From NCBI GenBank assembly GCA_001004105.1, contig LCQK01000002.1:347-64346 (forward strand): a DNA stretch of 64,000 nt, read 5' to 3'. The position numbers were made by a program, and so were the translations under genes. The DNA comes from Candidatus Jorgensenbacteria bacterium GW2011_GWB1_50_10 (GTDB lineage: Bacteria; Patescibacteriota; Minisyncoccia; UBA6257; GWB1-50-10). The notes beneath the pieces were generated by a model. It was not told where the DNA came from and did no database searches. It saw only the letters and a program-made list of their open reading frames with translations. Shown here in pieces: positions 51,441 to 61,700 of the stretch; position 1 is the stretch's first letter, and every line of letters begins with the position of its first letter.

Positions 51441-51974
51441 CTATGCTCGTTGCAACGCCCGTTGCAACGCCCCTTTCTTTTTCAGAGTGAAGAGGCAGCG
51501 GGCCCGGTCCTTGTTTTTCGGCTCCCGCCTTACCCAAACCCAAGCGTCATTCGGGAAAACGAAGGGGCGAGCGTTGCTCCTCTGTAGGAACGCTCCGATG
51601 ACGGCAAGGTGAATCTGGGTTGCCCGCCCTACAGTTTGGTGAATGACTTCGGTGCCGCCGATGACAAACACATCGGTTTTTCCCCTTGCTTCGGCGAGCG
51701 TGATTGCCTCGTCAATGCTCCCAGCAGTGAGGCGGTCGGGAGCTTCGTAATGAGGGTTCCGGGAGAGCACCACCACGGTGCGATTGTTGAACACGCGGCC
51801 GCGGCCATTCCGCAGAGTGGCTTCGTAGGTATTGCGACCCACGATAACGACTTTGTGCCGGGTGAGATTGTAGAGGGGATGCAGGCCAATTGCCATCTCA
51901 GAAGTGCTTTCGCCGTTCCGCCCTCCGATGAAACTGTCCATGGAGGCCGTCACCATCAGGGAAACGTTGACCAT
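51441..51974 (-). CDS. Divergent DHFR-like protein
   Basis: VVIVGRNTYE, NRTVVVLSRN, VFVIGGTEV; own Shine-Dalgarno, promoter and terminator. Confidence 0.75.
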   Translation of the reverse strand: MVNVSLMVTASMDSFIGGRNGESTSEMAIGLHPLYNLTRHKVVIVGRNTYEATLRNGRGRVFNNRTVVVLSRNPHYEAPDRLTAGSIDEAITLAEARGKTDVFVIGGTEVIHQTVGRATQIHLAVIGAFLQRSNARPFVFPNDAWVWVRREPKNKDRARCLFTLKKKGALQRALQRA

Positions 51975-52102
51975 ATCGCAATCTCCTTAAGGAGATAATC
52001 GGTTGTTGTTCTAGTAGAGTGCCGTCCGTATTATCGTTCTCTCAAAGGTCATAGTCAAGGTTTAATTCTCAAAAATAGGCCTTTATTGTAGTATTAAAAC
52101 TA

Positions 52103-53512
52103 ATGTATATCCCGACCATTGGCTTGGAAATTCACGTTGAATTGAAGACAAAAACCAAAATGTTCTGTTCCTGCCCGAATGAGCCGGATGAAAAACACCC
52201 GAACAAAAACGTCTGTCCGATTTGTTTGGGCCATCCTGGCACTTTACCCGTCGCCAACAAGGAAGCGATTCTTTCGGTTATCAAACTGGGTTTGGCTTTG
52301 GGCGGGAAAATTGCCGAGCATTCCCACTTTGACCGGAAAAGCTATTTTTATCCGGATTTGCCCAAAGGCTACCAAATCTCGCAGTATGAGCATCCGCTCG
52401 TGGAAGGCGGCACGTTAAATGATGTCCGTCTCCGACGGATTCACTTGGAAGAAGATACCGGCCGATTGCTTCATGAGGACGACTTATCCCTCGTCGATTT
52501 CAATCGAGCGGGCGTGCCTTTGATGGAGCTTGTGACCGAACCCGACATCAAAAACGCGGAGGAAGCGGTTGCTTTCGCCCGCGAACTGCGTTTGATTCTC
52601 CGTTATCTCGGGATCTCCGACGCCGACATGGAAAAAGGGCATATGCGGATTGAAGCAAACGTAAGCGTGGGCAAAGCCGGCGAGCTAGGAACGAAAGTGG
52701 AGCTCAAAAACATCAATTCCTTCAAGGTGGTTCATGACGCCATTGCTTGTGAGCTTAAAAGGCAGGAGAAACTACTTGAGAGCGGCAAAAAAGTGAGTCA
52801 GGAAACGCGGGGATGGAACAGTGATAAAGGCACAACCGAGAGCCAGCGGAGCAAGGAAGAAGCCCACGACTACCGCTATTTTCCCGAACCGGATTTGCCG
52901 CCCCTGGATTTGCGGGAATTTGACATCAAAACCTTGAAAACGGAGATTCTGGAGCTGCCGGAAGCAAAGCGGCAGAGATTTATCGGGGAGTACGGACTTA
53001 ATAAGGAACAAGTAGAAATACTTATTGAGGACCAAAAAATGTCCGAGATTTTTGAGGAGGCAGTTAGTGAATTAAAATCTAAAGTTTCAAATCCAGATAA
53101 TAATCTTTTATACAATTACATAGTTACCGACCTTCGCGGGACTATAAGCGCTAGAAAAGCGACGTTTGAAGATTTAGTGATAAAACCCGAGCATCTCGCA
53201 CATCTTATTGCAATGATTCAAGAGGGTAAGTTATCCAGCCGTTTGGCCAAAGACATACTCCTCAAAATGTTTGAAACAGGCGAGGACCCGGAGAATTTGA
53301 TGGAGTCAGAAAAAGTTACGCTCATCTCCGCCGAGGCGGAACTGCGAGAAATCGCCAAAGCAATTATAGAAGAAAATCCGAAACCGGCCGAAGATTACAA
53401 GAAAGGAAAAATTCCAGCACTCCAAGCACTGGTTGGGAGAGCGATGGTCAAAACAAGAGGCCAAGCCGACCCCAAAGTTACCGAAAAAATTCTAAAAGAG
53501 CTCTTAAAGTGA
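52103..53512 (+). CDS. gatB: Asp/Glu-tRNA amidotransferase subunit B
   Basis: IGLEIHVEL, FDRKSYFYPDLPKGYQISQ, DYRYFPEPDL. Confidence 0.98.
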   Translation: MYIPTIGLEIHVELKTKTKMFCSCPNEPDEKHPNKNVCPICLGHPGTLPVANKEAILSVIKLGLALGGKIAEHSHFDRKSYFYPDLPKGYQISQYEHPLVEGGTLNDVRLRRIHLEEDTGRLLHEDDLSLVDFNRAGVPLMELVTEPDIKNAEEAVAFARELRLILRYLGISDADMEKGHMRIEANVSVGKAGELGTKVELKNINSFKVVHDAIACELKRQEKLLESGKKVSQETRGWNSDKGTTESQRSKEEAHDYRYFPEPDLPPLDLREFDIKTLKTEILELPEAKRQRFIGEYGLNKEQVEILIEDQKMSEIFEEAVSELKSKVSNPDNNLLYNYIVTDLRGTISARKATFEDLVIKPEHLAHLIAMIQEGKLSSRLAKDILLKMFETGEDPENLMESEKVTLISAEAELREIAKAIIEENPKPAEDYKKGKIPALQALVGRAMVKTRGQADPKVTEKILKELLK

Positions 53513-53515
53513 GCA

Positions 53516-53549
53516 ACTCCATTTATGGACGACCGTCCATAAATGGAGT
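53516..53549. repeat. Palindrome with 16-bp arms and 2-nt centre between convergent gatB and miaA
   Basis: ACTCCATTTATGGACG-AC-CGTCCATAAATGGAGT. Confidence 0.8.
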
Positions 53550-53560
53550 ATTTGGAAGAA

Positions 53561-54451
53561 TCAATTCTTTAAGTTCAAAAACTTGTTTACTAATTTTTCA
53601 GCTTTTTCTTTTGAATCCACCCAATGGATATCCGGTTGCATTTTGAACCACGTTATTTGTCTCCGGGCATAGCGGCGGCTGTTTCTTTTTATATCTTCAA
53701 TTGATTTTTCCAGCGTGGTTTCACCGCGGAGATAGGGGAGCAGTTCTTTGTAAGCAATGGAGTTTTGGAGGGCGTAGGCATTTTCGCCGTATTTTTTCAC
53801 CAATTTTTTAACTTCCTGCACCAGTCCTCTTTTGATTTGTTCGTTTACTCTTTTATTTATTCTTTCGTACAATTCTTCACGCGGAACTTTAATGCCGATT
53901 ACAAGCGCGTTAAAAAGCGGTTTGCCTTTTTGCCTTTGCGAAGAGAAGTAATTGCCGGTTTTTAAGATCACCTCCAGGGCTCGGATAATGCGGCGCTTGT
54001 TTTTACTCGCGGTTTTAGCGGCTTCGGGGTCAAGCCGACTCAGTTTTTCTTCCAGTTCTTCGGTCGTCATTTCTTCCAGTTCTTCGCGGAGTTTCTTGTC
54101 GGGTTTCACGGCCGGTATTTTCAGATTTTCTAAAATGGCTTTGATGTAAAGGCCCGTGCCGCCGACCAAAATCGGGAGCTTGCCTCTTTTCAAAATCTCC
54201 CGGATTTTCTTCACGGTTGCCCGCTTGTATTTCACGGCATTCCAAACTTGTTTTGGGGCAGTCGTGTCAATGAGGAATTGTGGATAAGTTTTATCTTTGC
54301 CGGTGCCGATATCCATTCCTCTGTAGATTTGACGGGAATCAGCCGAAATAACCTCCCCCCGGAGTCGTTTGGCGAGGGCAATGGCGAGTGCTGTTTTGCC
54401 TGAGGCGGTCGGGCCCGCGATGGCGATGATTTTAGGTCTTTTGTTTGACAC
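53561..54451 (-). CDS. miaA: tRNA dimethylallyltransferase
   Basis: GPTASGKT, ISADSRQIYRGMDIGT, VGGTGLY, YARRQITWF. Confidence 0.97.
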   Translation of the reverse strand: MSNKRPKIIAIAGPTASGKTALAIALAKRLRGEVISADSRQIYRGMDIGTGKDKTYPQFLIDTTAPKQVWNAVKYKRATVKKIREILKRGKLPILVGGTGLYIKAILENLKIPAVKPDKKLREELEEMTTEELEEKLSRLDPEAAKTASKNKRRIIRALEVILKTGNYFSSQRQKGKPLFNALVIGIKVPREELYERINKRVNEQIKRGLVQEVKKLVKKYGENAYALQNSIAYKELLPYLRGETTLEKSIEDIKRNSRRYARRQITWFKMQPDIHWVDSKEKAEKLVNKFLNLKN

Positions 54452-54506
54452 GGATTTCGCTACACCATATCATTTTAGCGTAGTTCTTTTTAAGAGGAGG
54501 TGGGTT

Positions 54507-54947
54507 ATGACGACCCGCCGGATATACAAGAAGGACTGGCTTCGCTCTTTTGACCGGGGAATTGAGGTCGTTGAGCGCGTCTCGGGCAGAAAAGTGCTCA
54601 ACAAGAAGCTAGCCAGAGAGGTTGCTGACGATTTTCTCCGTGGTAAGGTCGTGGAGGTACCGGAGGCACAAGTCTTCGCAGACTTCACCATGATGCCCCT
54701 CACGATGCAAGGTGTACCAGATAGCTCTCTTCAAATTGCCTTCGGGCGTTGGCCGCTTGAGCTGACAATTCGGAGCAACACAGGAGCTCTGGACATCCGG
54801 GCGTTGGAGAGGGAGTATGAAAGTCGTCGCAGCTCCCATTCCCACATTCGGGTCCGCTTTCGGGAGATAGGCTATGCAGAACTGAAACGTGAGTTCGTAA
54901 GCAGGCTGAAAAAGGAACCTCCCATCGTTGGACTTGACGACAGCTAG
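54507..54947 (+). CDS. Hypothetical orphan protein
   Basis: GAGGAGGT Shine-Dalgarno before ATG 54507; hairpin at ~54950-54976. Confidence 0.65.
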   Translation: MTTRRIYKKDWLRSFDRGIEVVERVSGRKVLNKKLAREVADDFLRGKVVEVPEAQVFADFTMMPLTMQGVPDSSLQIAFGRWPLELTIRSNTGALDIRALEREYESRRSSHSHIRVRFREIGYAELKREFVSRLKKEPPIVGLDDS

Positions 54948-54984
54948 TAGACCGAGTATCGGAGGGTACTCGGTCTTCGCATTC

Positions 54985-56766
54985 TTACATTCGCCGTTCC
55001 TTTATTTCCTCGGTTATCTTTTTCAAAAAATCCTCAATCGTCATTTTGACGTTTTCTTTTTTGTGCCGCAGGCGAACGCTCAAGTTTTTGTCCTGCATTT
55101 CTTTCTCGCCGACGACGACAACGTAGGGAATTTTTTCCATCTCGGCTTGTCTGATGTTTTTGCCGAGCGTTTCGCTCTCGGAGGCCAAATCCGCCCTCAA
55201 ACCCTTTTCTTTGAAAAGCTCCAGAAGTTTTCTGGCGTAGGCCGCGGATTTGACGCTCACCGGCGCGATTCGGACTTGGACGGGGGAGAGCCACGTCGGG
55301 AAATCGCCGGCGAAATGTTCCAATAAGAAGCCGACCATTCGTTCATGACTGCCGAGCGGGGCTCTATGTATAATAACCGGTCTTTCTTTTTCACCTCTTT
55401 CATTGATAAAAGAGAGATTGAACCGGGTCGGCATAAAGAGGTCGATTTGGATTGTACCGATGGCATATTCTTTGCCGATGACGGACTCAATAATGACATC
55501 TCCTTTTGGTCCGTAGTGCGCCGCGCCGCCCACGTCTTCGCTGTATTTGACGCGGGCTTTTTTTAGACCTGCTCTGGTTAATTTTTCTGCTTTGGCCCAC
55601 ATTTTATCGTCACCGTGATATTTCTTGCGGAGATTTTTAGGGTCTCTTATTCCTAACTTAACTTTGAAATTTTTGATGCCCAATTTTTTGTAGTAGTACC
55701 GGTGCATATCCATAACTCGCGCAAATTCATCAACAACGTCTTTCTCCGCCACGTAAATGTGGGCGTCGTTTTGGCAGAATCCTCGCACCCTAAAAAGACC
55801 GTGGAGAGTGCCTGATCTCTCGTAGCGGTAAAGCTGGCCGTACTCGGTGAGCCGAAGCGGAAGTTCTCTGTAGCTCCGGGTGCGGGATTTATAAATCATG
55901 TGGTGGTGGGGACAGTTCATTGGTTTTAGATAGTATTTTTCATTCTCAATGTTCATTGGTGAATACATATCATCCGTGTAGTAAGGGATGTGGCCGGAGA
56001 TTTTATAAAGATCTTCTTTTGTAATGTGAGGAGTGACGACGCGCTGGTAGCCGGCCGCCGTTTCAACCTCTTTTGCCCAAGCTTCAAGTTCATCGCGAAC
56101 GATAGTGCCCTTGGGCAGCCAAAGAGGAAGACCGGGGCCGACTTCCTCGGCAAAAGTGAAAAGTTCCAGGTCCTGGCCTAATTTGCGGTGGTCGCGTTTT
56201 TTCGCTTCCTCTTCCATTTCGAGATACGCTTCAAGTTCTTTTTTGTTTTTGAAAGCGACGCCATAAATCCGCTGGAGCTGGGGCTTGTTTTCGTCACCGT
56301 GCCAGTAAGCGGCGGCGATTTCGGTAAGTTTGAAAGCGTCCGAATTGATTTCACCGGTATTTTTCACGTGGCCGCCGCGGCAGAGGTCAATAAAACAGGT
56401 TATAGGTTTTAGGTTATAGGTTTTAGGAGGGCAGGTGGAATATACGGTAAGTTGTTTTTTTTCTTCAATAAATTCTTTTATTAAATCAAGTTTAAAAGGT
56501 TGATTTTGGAATAAATTTTTAGCTTCGTCGGCGGTCACCTTTTTGCCGGAGAATACCCACCTTTCTTTAATCGTTTGCCGCATTGTTTTTTCAAATTCCT
56601 TCAAATCCTCGGGCGAGAGAGAGCGGGGGAGGAGAAAATCGTAATAGAAGCCGTTCTCAATGGTCGGGCCGATGCCGAGCTTGGCGTCCGGAAACTTCTT
56701 CAAAACCGCCGCCGCCAAGAGATGCGCAAGCGAGTGTCTAATATTTTCCAAATTGCTTTTAGGCAC
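54985..56766 (-). CDS. thrS: Threonyl-tRNA synthetase (no N-terminal TGS domain)
   Basis: IRHSLAHLLA, DLCRGGH, RDHRKLG, KPMNCPHH, IHRAPLGSHER; GTG start inferred. Confidence 0.96.
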   Translation of the reverse strand: MPKSNLENIRHSLAHLLAAAVLKKFPDAKLGIGPTIENGFYYDFLLPRSLSPEDLKEFEKTMRQTIKERWVFSGKKVTADEAKNLFQNQPFKLDLIKEFIEEKKQLTVYSTCPPKTYNLKPITCFIDLCRGGHVKNTGEINSDAFKLTEIAAAYWHGDENKPQLQRIYGVAFKNKKELEAYLEMEEEAKKRDHRKLGQDLELFTFAEEVGPGLPLWLPKGTIVRDELEAWAKEVETAAGYQRVVTPHITKEDLYKISGHIPYYTDDMYSPMNIENEKYYLKPMNCPHHHMIYKSRTRSYRELPLRLTEYGQLYRYERSGTLHGLFRVRGFCQNDAHIYVAEKDVVDEFARVMDMHRYYYKKLGIKNFKVKLGIRDPKNLRKKYHGDDKMWAKAEKLTRAGLKKARVKYSEDVGGAAHYGPKGDVIIESVIGKEYAIGTIQIDLFMPTRFNLSFINERGEKERPVIIHRAPLGSHERMVGFLLEHFAGDFPTWLSPVQVRIAPVSVKSAAYARKLLELFKEKGLRADLASESETLGKNIRQAEMEKIPYVVVVGEKEMQDKNLSVRLRHKKENVKMTIEDFLKKITEEIKERRM

Positions 56767-57058
56767 GATGCTAATAATTATAGAAAAATTGGACTTTTTT
56801 GGTAGGGTATTGACAGATTTTCGTTCATATGTTAGCATTCTCGCCAGCAGTATTTCAGCAGTGTAATCGTTGGTTAATTCTTGGTAGTGCCTCCAGTGGG
56901 GGCGAAGTTCCGCTATACTCTTTCTCTTTTTTCTTGTTTCAGTTCGTTCGGAAAGCAGTGTAGTGGCGTTCGGCACAAGGCCGCACGTCGCCCACCACCA
57001 GTTCGTGTGAGTATGGCGCTCGCACGGACTCAACACCCCTTAGGGGAGGAGGCACGCC

Positions 57059-57412
57059 ATGGAGATAGGAACAACTAGAGAGACCAAGGATCAGTTGGTT
57101 TCTCGAGTCAAGCAGGTGCTCGAAAGGTATCTGCTTGGGGATCCGGGACCCACTAGGATCGAGAAAGATCCGATCTGGGGGAGAATCGCCGCCGAGTACA
57201 TCATCAGCAGATCGCTGGTGATTGCTGCGGTCGATCCTCTCGAGCTCGCTCAGCGAGTCGATCCCAAACTCTTCCGGCTCGTCACTGTTCCGGAAGGTTG
57301 GGCGAATCGCGCCGACTGGGCACTCGGGGTATACCTGACATTCGGGAATGGTTCTATGCCCGAAAAGGTCAGTCGTATACTCGAGACGGCGAGTTCGATG
57401 ATTCCCGAATAG
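57059..57412 (+). CDS. Hypothetical orphan protein
   Basis: GGAGGAGG Shine-Dalgarno, TTGACA promoter ~250 bp upstream, hairpins downstream. Confidence 0.65.
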   Translation: MEIGTTRETKDQLVSRVKQVLERYLLGDPGPTRIEKDPIWGRIAAEYIISRSLVIAAVDPLELAQRVDPKLFRLVTVPEGWANRADWALGVYLTFGNGSMPEKVSRILETASSMIPE

Positions 57413-57584
57413 GGAACCGGCCGGGGTTCACCACCACCCCCGGAAAGAGGTGGGAGCGAGCCGAAGCTCGCGCGCAAGGCGTCGTGGAAGTTCACGGCGC
57501 TTTTTGTTTTAGTAAGAAGACCCGTTCCATAGGTTTTTCGAGTTGGGATTTGTAGAGTTTATATTAATGCTGTAAAATGCAAAT

Positions 57585-57750
57585 ATGTTGAAAGCAATAT
57601 TGAGTGCCTAGGCCGGAGTCGGGGATCCTCATATGGGCACAAAAGTTAGATCAGAGTTTTTCAGCCGGAGTCGGAACCCCTCATTGCTTCTCACATGAAA
57701 AATTGAGAAGGATTCAGTGAATAGAAACCGCTTTAACGGCGGTTTCTGTC
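57585..57750 (+). ncRNA. Candidate small RNA with duplicated motif
   Basis: TTGTAG-17 bp-TAAAAT (57550-57578); GCCGGAGTCGG-N4-CCTCAT twice; hairpin AGAAACCGC/GCGGTTTCT. Confidence 0.35.
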
Positions 57751-57873
57751 ACTACAGAACATCTAAATATAGGAGATAATCATTGAGAAATCAGAAGATT
57801 GACGGTACTAGACCGTTTACATTATGCTGATAGCCCTACCGTCAACGGCTAGCCGTTAAGGTATAATAAAAAT

Positions 57874-58281
57874 GTGAGAATAGATAACAATATCATCCCG
57901 GTAATATTAGTGGTTTATAAGTCAAAGAATGGTTATTGGCATGGTTTTTGCCACCCATACGATGTGTCTTGTAATGCAGAAATTAAAGAAGAGGTTATAA
58001 ACAACCTAGAAGAATTGGTGGAAACCTACGAAAAATCGTTAGAGCGCTATGGGAACCCAATACATCTAATAGAGAAGAAACTTTCTGATAAAGAAGATCA
58101 AGAGAAGTTCAAGAAAATATGGCCGTATGTTTCTAAAAAGATTGCGGAGCATATTAAAACCGCACATAGTCCTATTCGATACTCTCAATATTTATCACGA
58201 GCCAAGAAATTCAGTATTAAATCTGGAGCAGATATAACTTATTCTCACAGAAGTTTATCGTTAACACCCTCACCTCGCTGA
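57874..58281 (+). CDS. HicB-like antitoxin candidate
   Basis: VVYKSKNGYWHGFCHPYDVSCNAEIKEEVINNLEELVETY resembles the HicB partial RNase H fold. Confidence 0.5.
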   Translation: MRIDNNIIPVILVVYKSKNGYWHGFCHPYDVSCNAEIKEEVINNLEELVETYEKSLERYGNPIHLIEKKLSDKEDQEKFKKIWPYVSKKIAEHIKTAHSPIRYSQYLSRAKKFSIKSGADITYSHRSLSLTPSPR

Positions 58282-58285
58282 TATT

Positions 58286-58564
58286 GTGGCGGCGCCGACA
58301 GATATTAATTTTGATGATTTCTATGAAGCAGTTAAATCATTAGCTGCACAAAAAGGATTTATTTGTAAACCCTATAAGGGTAAGAAAGCTTCTGCTATAT
58401 GTTTTGAATTTTTCCGAGATGGAGAAAATAAACCGTTTGAGATATTTTGCGTTCATGAAGATAAGAAAAATAGAGTTATATGGTCAGATGATCTCAAAAA
58501 GGCATGTAAAGCGTTAGGAGTAACTAAAAAAGAATTTATTGATTTTACAAAAAATAAAGTTTAA
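58286..58564 (+). CDS. HicA-like toxin candidate
   Basis: 92 aa; KGF, VHE, LKKACKALGVTKKEF pattern; 4 bp after the HicB-like gene. Confidence 0.45.
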   Translation: MAAPTDINFDDFYEAVKSLAAQKGFICKPYKGKKASAICFEFFRDGENKPFEIFCVHEDKKNRVIWSDDLKKACKALGVTKKEFIDFTKNKV

Positions 58565-58568
58565 CTAA

Positions 58569-58595
58569 TATAAACCTTTTCTTTTCTAAGCCAGA
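58569..58595. repeat. 27-bp boundary motif (family B end), copy 3
   Basis: TATAAACCTTTTCTTTTCTAAGCCAGA, identical to 21260-21286. Confidence 0.85.
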
Positions 58596-58614
58596 ATTAT
58601 TCTTCCCAACTAAA

Positions 58615-58769
58615 AAATCTGCCCCGCGTGTGTCTCTGACGGCAACTCTCGGAGGCAAAAAAGCTCGGTGTCGCCTGAGGCGACTTTTTCGCCGAGAGCG
58701 TAGCGGTGCGCCTTGCTGCTGGAGCGGGGCGACACCCGGTGGCGGAGGAGATATACGCGGGGCAGATTT
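58615..58769. mobile_element. Long hairpin / MITE-like element, family C
   Basis: ~23-bp inverted ends AAATCTGCCCCGCGTGTGTCTCT / GGAGATATACGCGGGGCAGATTT with internal hairpins. Confidence 0.5.
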
Positions 58770-61700
58770 ACAGCTCCTTTACTGCGTTCACGATGACTTT
58801 CGGTTCGTTCCCTTTGAAGGAGAGACGGCCGTCTATCATCACCGCCTTGTTTTCCTGCCAGACATTCGGATTTTTGTTAAGAACATCGGAGAAGACAAGC
58901 ACTTCCGTGGAACCCGTCGCGTCTTCCAAGCTCACGAAAAGCATCGGGTCGCCCCTTTTGGTCAAAATCTTTTGGACGGCGGTAATGACACCGGCCAAAA
59001 GCAGCTGTCCGGAACCGGCGTTATTGGGAGTCGCGCCGGCTATTTTTTTAATCGGCACCGTCTGCTTTTTGATTTTTGAGGCATAGGCGTTGAAAGGGTG
59101 GTCGGTGATATAGAGACCCAGCAGTTCTTTTTCCCAGATAAGCATCATTTTTTTGTCGGTCGGCTCGCCGCCATTTACGAATTTCATGGCGGCGAGTTCC
59201 AGACCGGCGCCGCCGAATAAGGAATTCTGATTGGCGCTTTTCATTTTTTTGGCGGCCTGGTTAAATCTGATAATTTCATCAATATTAGCGAGAGCTCTTG
59301 CTCTGTCCACGCCCAAAGAATCAAAAGCGCCGCATTTTATGAGGGATTCCAGGGATTTTTTGTTCAAATCGCGGTGCTGGATGCGGTTTAAGAATTCGCT
59401 GAAATTTTGGAAGGGGCCGCCGCGGCTCCGTTCGTCGATCACAACCTCAACGATGTTCACGCCCAAATTCTTGATGGCGAGAAGTCCGAAGCGGATATTG
59501 CCTTGGTCCACGGTGAAGTCCTGCAAGCTTAAATTGACGTCCGGCGGCAGAACTTTGATTTTCAGGCGCTTGGCCTCGTTGATGAGGAAATTAACTCTCT
59601 CCACGTCGCTCCCGGAGATATTCAGCAAACTCGTCATGAATTCAACTGGGAAGTTGGCCTTGAGGTAGGCGGTGCGGTAGCTAATTAGTGCGTAGGCGGC
59701 GCCGTGGCTTTTGTTGAAGCCGTATCTCGCGAAAGGCGGGAAGAGTTCCCAGATTTGGTTCGCCGTTTTTTTATCAATGCCGTTTGCGACGAGACCGTTC
59801 AAGAGTTTTTCCTTTTGCTCGTCGAGAAGTTTTTTTATTTTTTTGCCGATTGCTTTACGTAGCGTGTCGGCCTCGGCGAGCGTAAAGCCGGCCAAGTCCC
59901 TTGCAATGCGCATCATCTGTTCCTGATAGATGCCCACGCCGTAGGTTTTTTCCAAAATCGGTTCGAGTCGCGGGTGGATGTAGGTCACTTTTTCCCGGCC
60001 GAATTTTCTTTTGATGTAGAGCGGGATAAGTTCCATCGGTCCCGGCCGGTAGAGGGAAATCATGACGATGATGTCTTCCAACTCCGTCGGTTTCAATTCT
60101 TTTAAGTAGCGGCGCATGCCGGAGGATTCAAGCTGAAAAACGCCGGTCATCTCCGCGCTCTGAAAAAGCTCAAAAGTTTTTTTGTCGTCCAAAAGCAAGT
60201 TGTTGATGTCAATATCAATGCCGTGGAGGTCTTTCACGAGCCGCAAAGTTTTTTCGATGATGGTGAGATTTTTCAAACCCAAGAGGTCAATTTTAAGGAG
60301 CCCCAAGTCCTCAATGCTGTGCATTTCGAACTGGGTGATAATCGCGTCGTCGCCCTGCGGCGCGCGCTGGAGCGGCACGAAATTTACGAGCGGGTAACTG
60401 GAAATCACAATGCCGCAGGCATGGACGGAGGCATGTCTCGCCGTTCCTTCCAGTTTGATAGCCGCCTCCAAAATCTTTTTGGCGTCTTCGTTTTCGTCCA
60501 TCATTTTTTTCAACTCCGGCACGGCCGCAATGGATTGTTTCAAGGGGACATTGAAGGGGATTAGTTTGGCGATTTGGTCGCAGAAGCCGTAGGGAAGCCC
60601 TAGAGCCCGGCCGGCGTCGCGCACCGCGGCTCTTGCCATCATTGTGCCGAAAGTGATGATTTGAGCCACTTTATCGGCGCCGTATTTGTCCTTGATGTAG
60701 GCCAAAACCTCGTCGCGACGGGTGTCGGTGAAGTCAATATCAATATCCGGCACCTGGATGCGGTCGGGGTTCAAAAACCGCTCAAAAAGCAAGTCGTATT
60801 TCAAAGGGTCAACGTCGGTGATGCCTAAAATATAGGAGACGATGCTCCCGGCGGCCGAGCCTCTTCCCGGGCCGACCACGATGCCGTGATTCTTCGCCCA
60901 GTTCACGAAATCCTGGACAATGAGGAAGTAATCGACGAAACCCGTTTTTTCAATGACGTCTATTTCATGAGAGAGCCGTTCCTCGACTTCTTTGGTGGTG
61001 CGTGGGAAGCGGAGAGGCAAACGCTCGGCAATCAGTTTTTTCAAGTAATTCATTGCCGTTTCGCCTTCGGGGAGGGGAAAACTTGGAAGATACGTTTGGT
61101 TCAAGTCAATTTCCAGATTACATTTCTCCGCAATGCGGGCCGTGTTCTCAATCGCTTGAGGCACATGGCGGAAAAGTTCAATCATTTCTTCGGGCGAGCG
61201 GAGAGAGACGTTGTAGTTTTTTAAAGAGAGCCGGTCCTGGTCGTCCAGTTTGGTGTTGGTCTGTACGGCGAGAAGTATCTCGTGGGCGGTTCGGTCATCG
61301 AGCGACACGTAATGAACGTCCTGGGTGGCGACCACGGGAATTTTAAGTTTCTCCGCCATATCGAGAATCAGTTTGTGGATTTCCGGCGCGTGTGGCTGGA
61401 TTTCCAGATAAAAATCTCCTCCGAAGACGGATTGATACCACTTGGCCGCTTCTTCGGCCTCGCTCATTTTGCCCTGGGAGAGAAGGCGGGAAATTTCGCC
61501 GGAGAAGCAGCCCGAAAGGCAGACGAGACCCTCGGCGTGCTTCAAAAGAATTTCCTTATCAATGCGGGGCTTGTAATAAAAACCTTCGAGGTGGGCGGCG
61601 GTCACGAGGCGAACCAAATTTTTCCAACCGGTTTTGTTTTTGGCGAGTAAGATAAGGTGATAGCGTGCCTCGTCTATCTTCGGGCGTTTGTTCAGGCGGC

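Noticed and set aside
56767..57036. Extended N-terminus of ThrRS
   Set aside because: No TGS-like sequence; the region holds a divergent promoter and leader.
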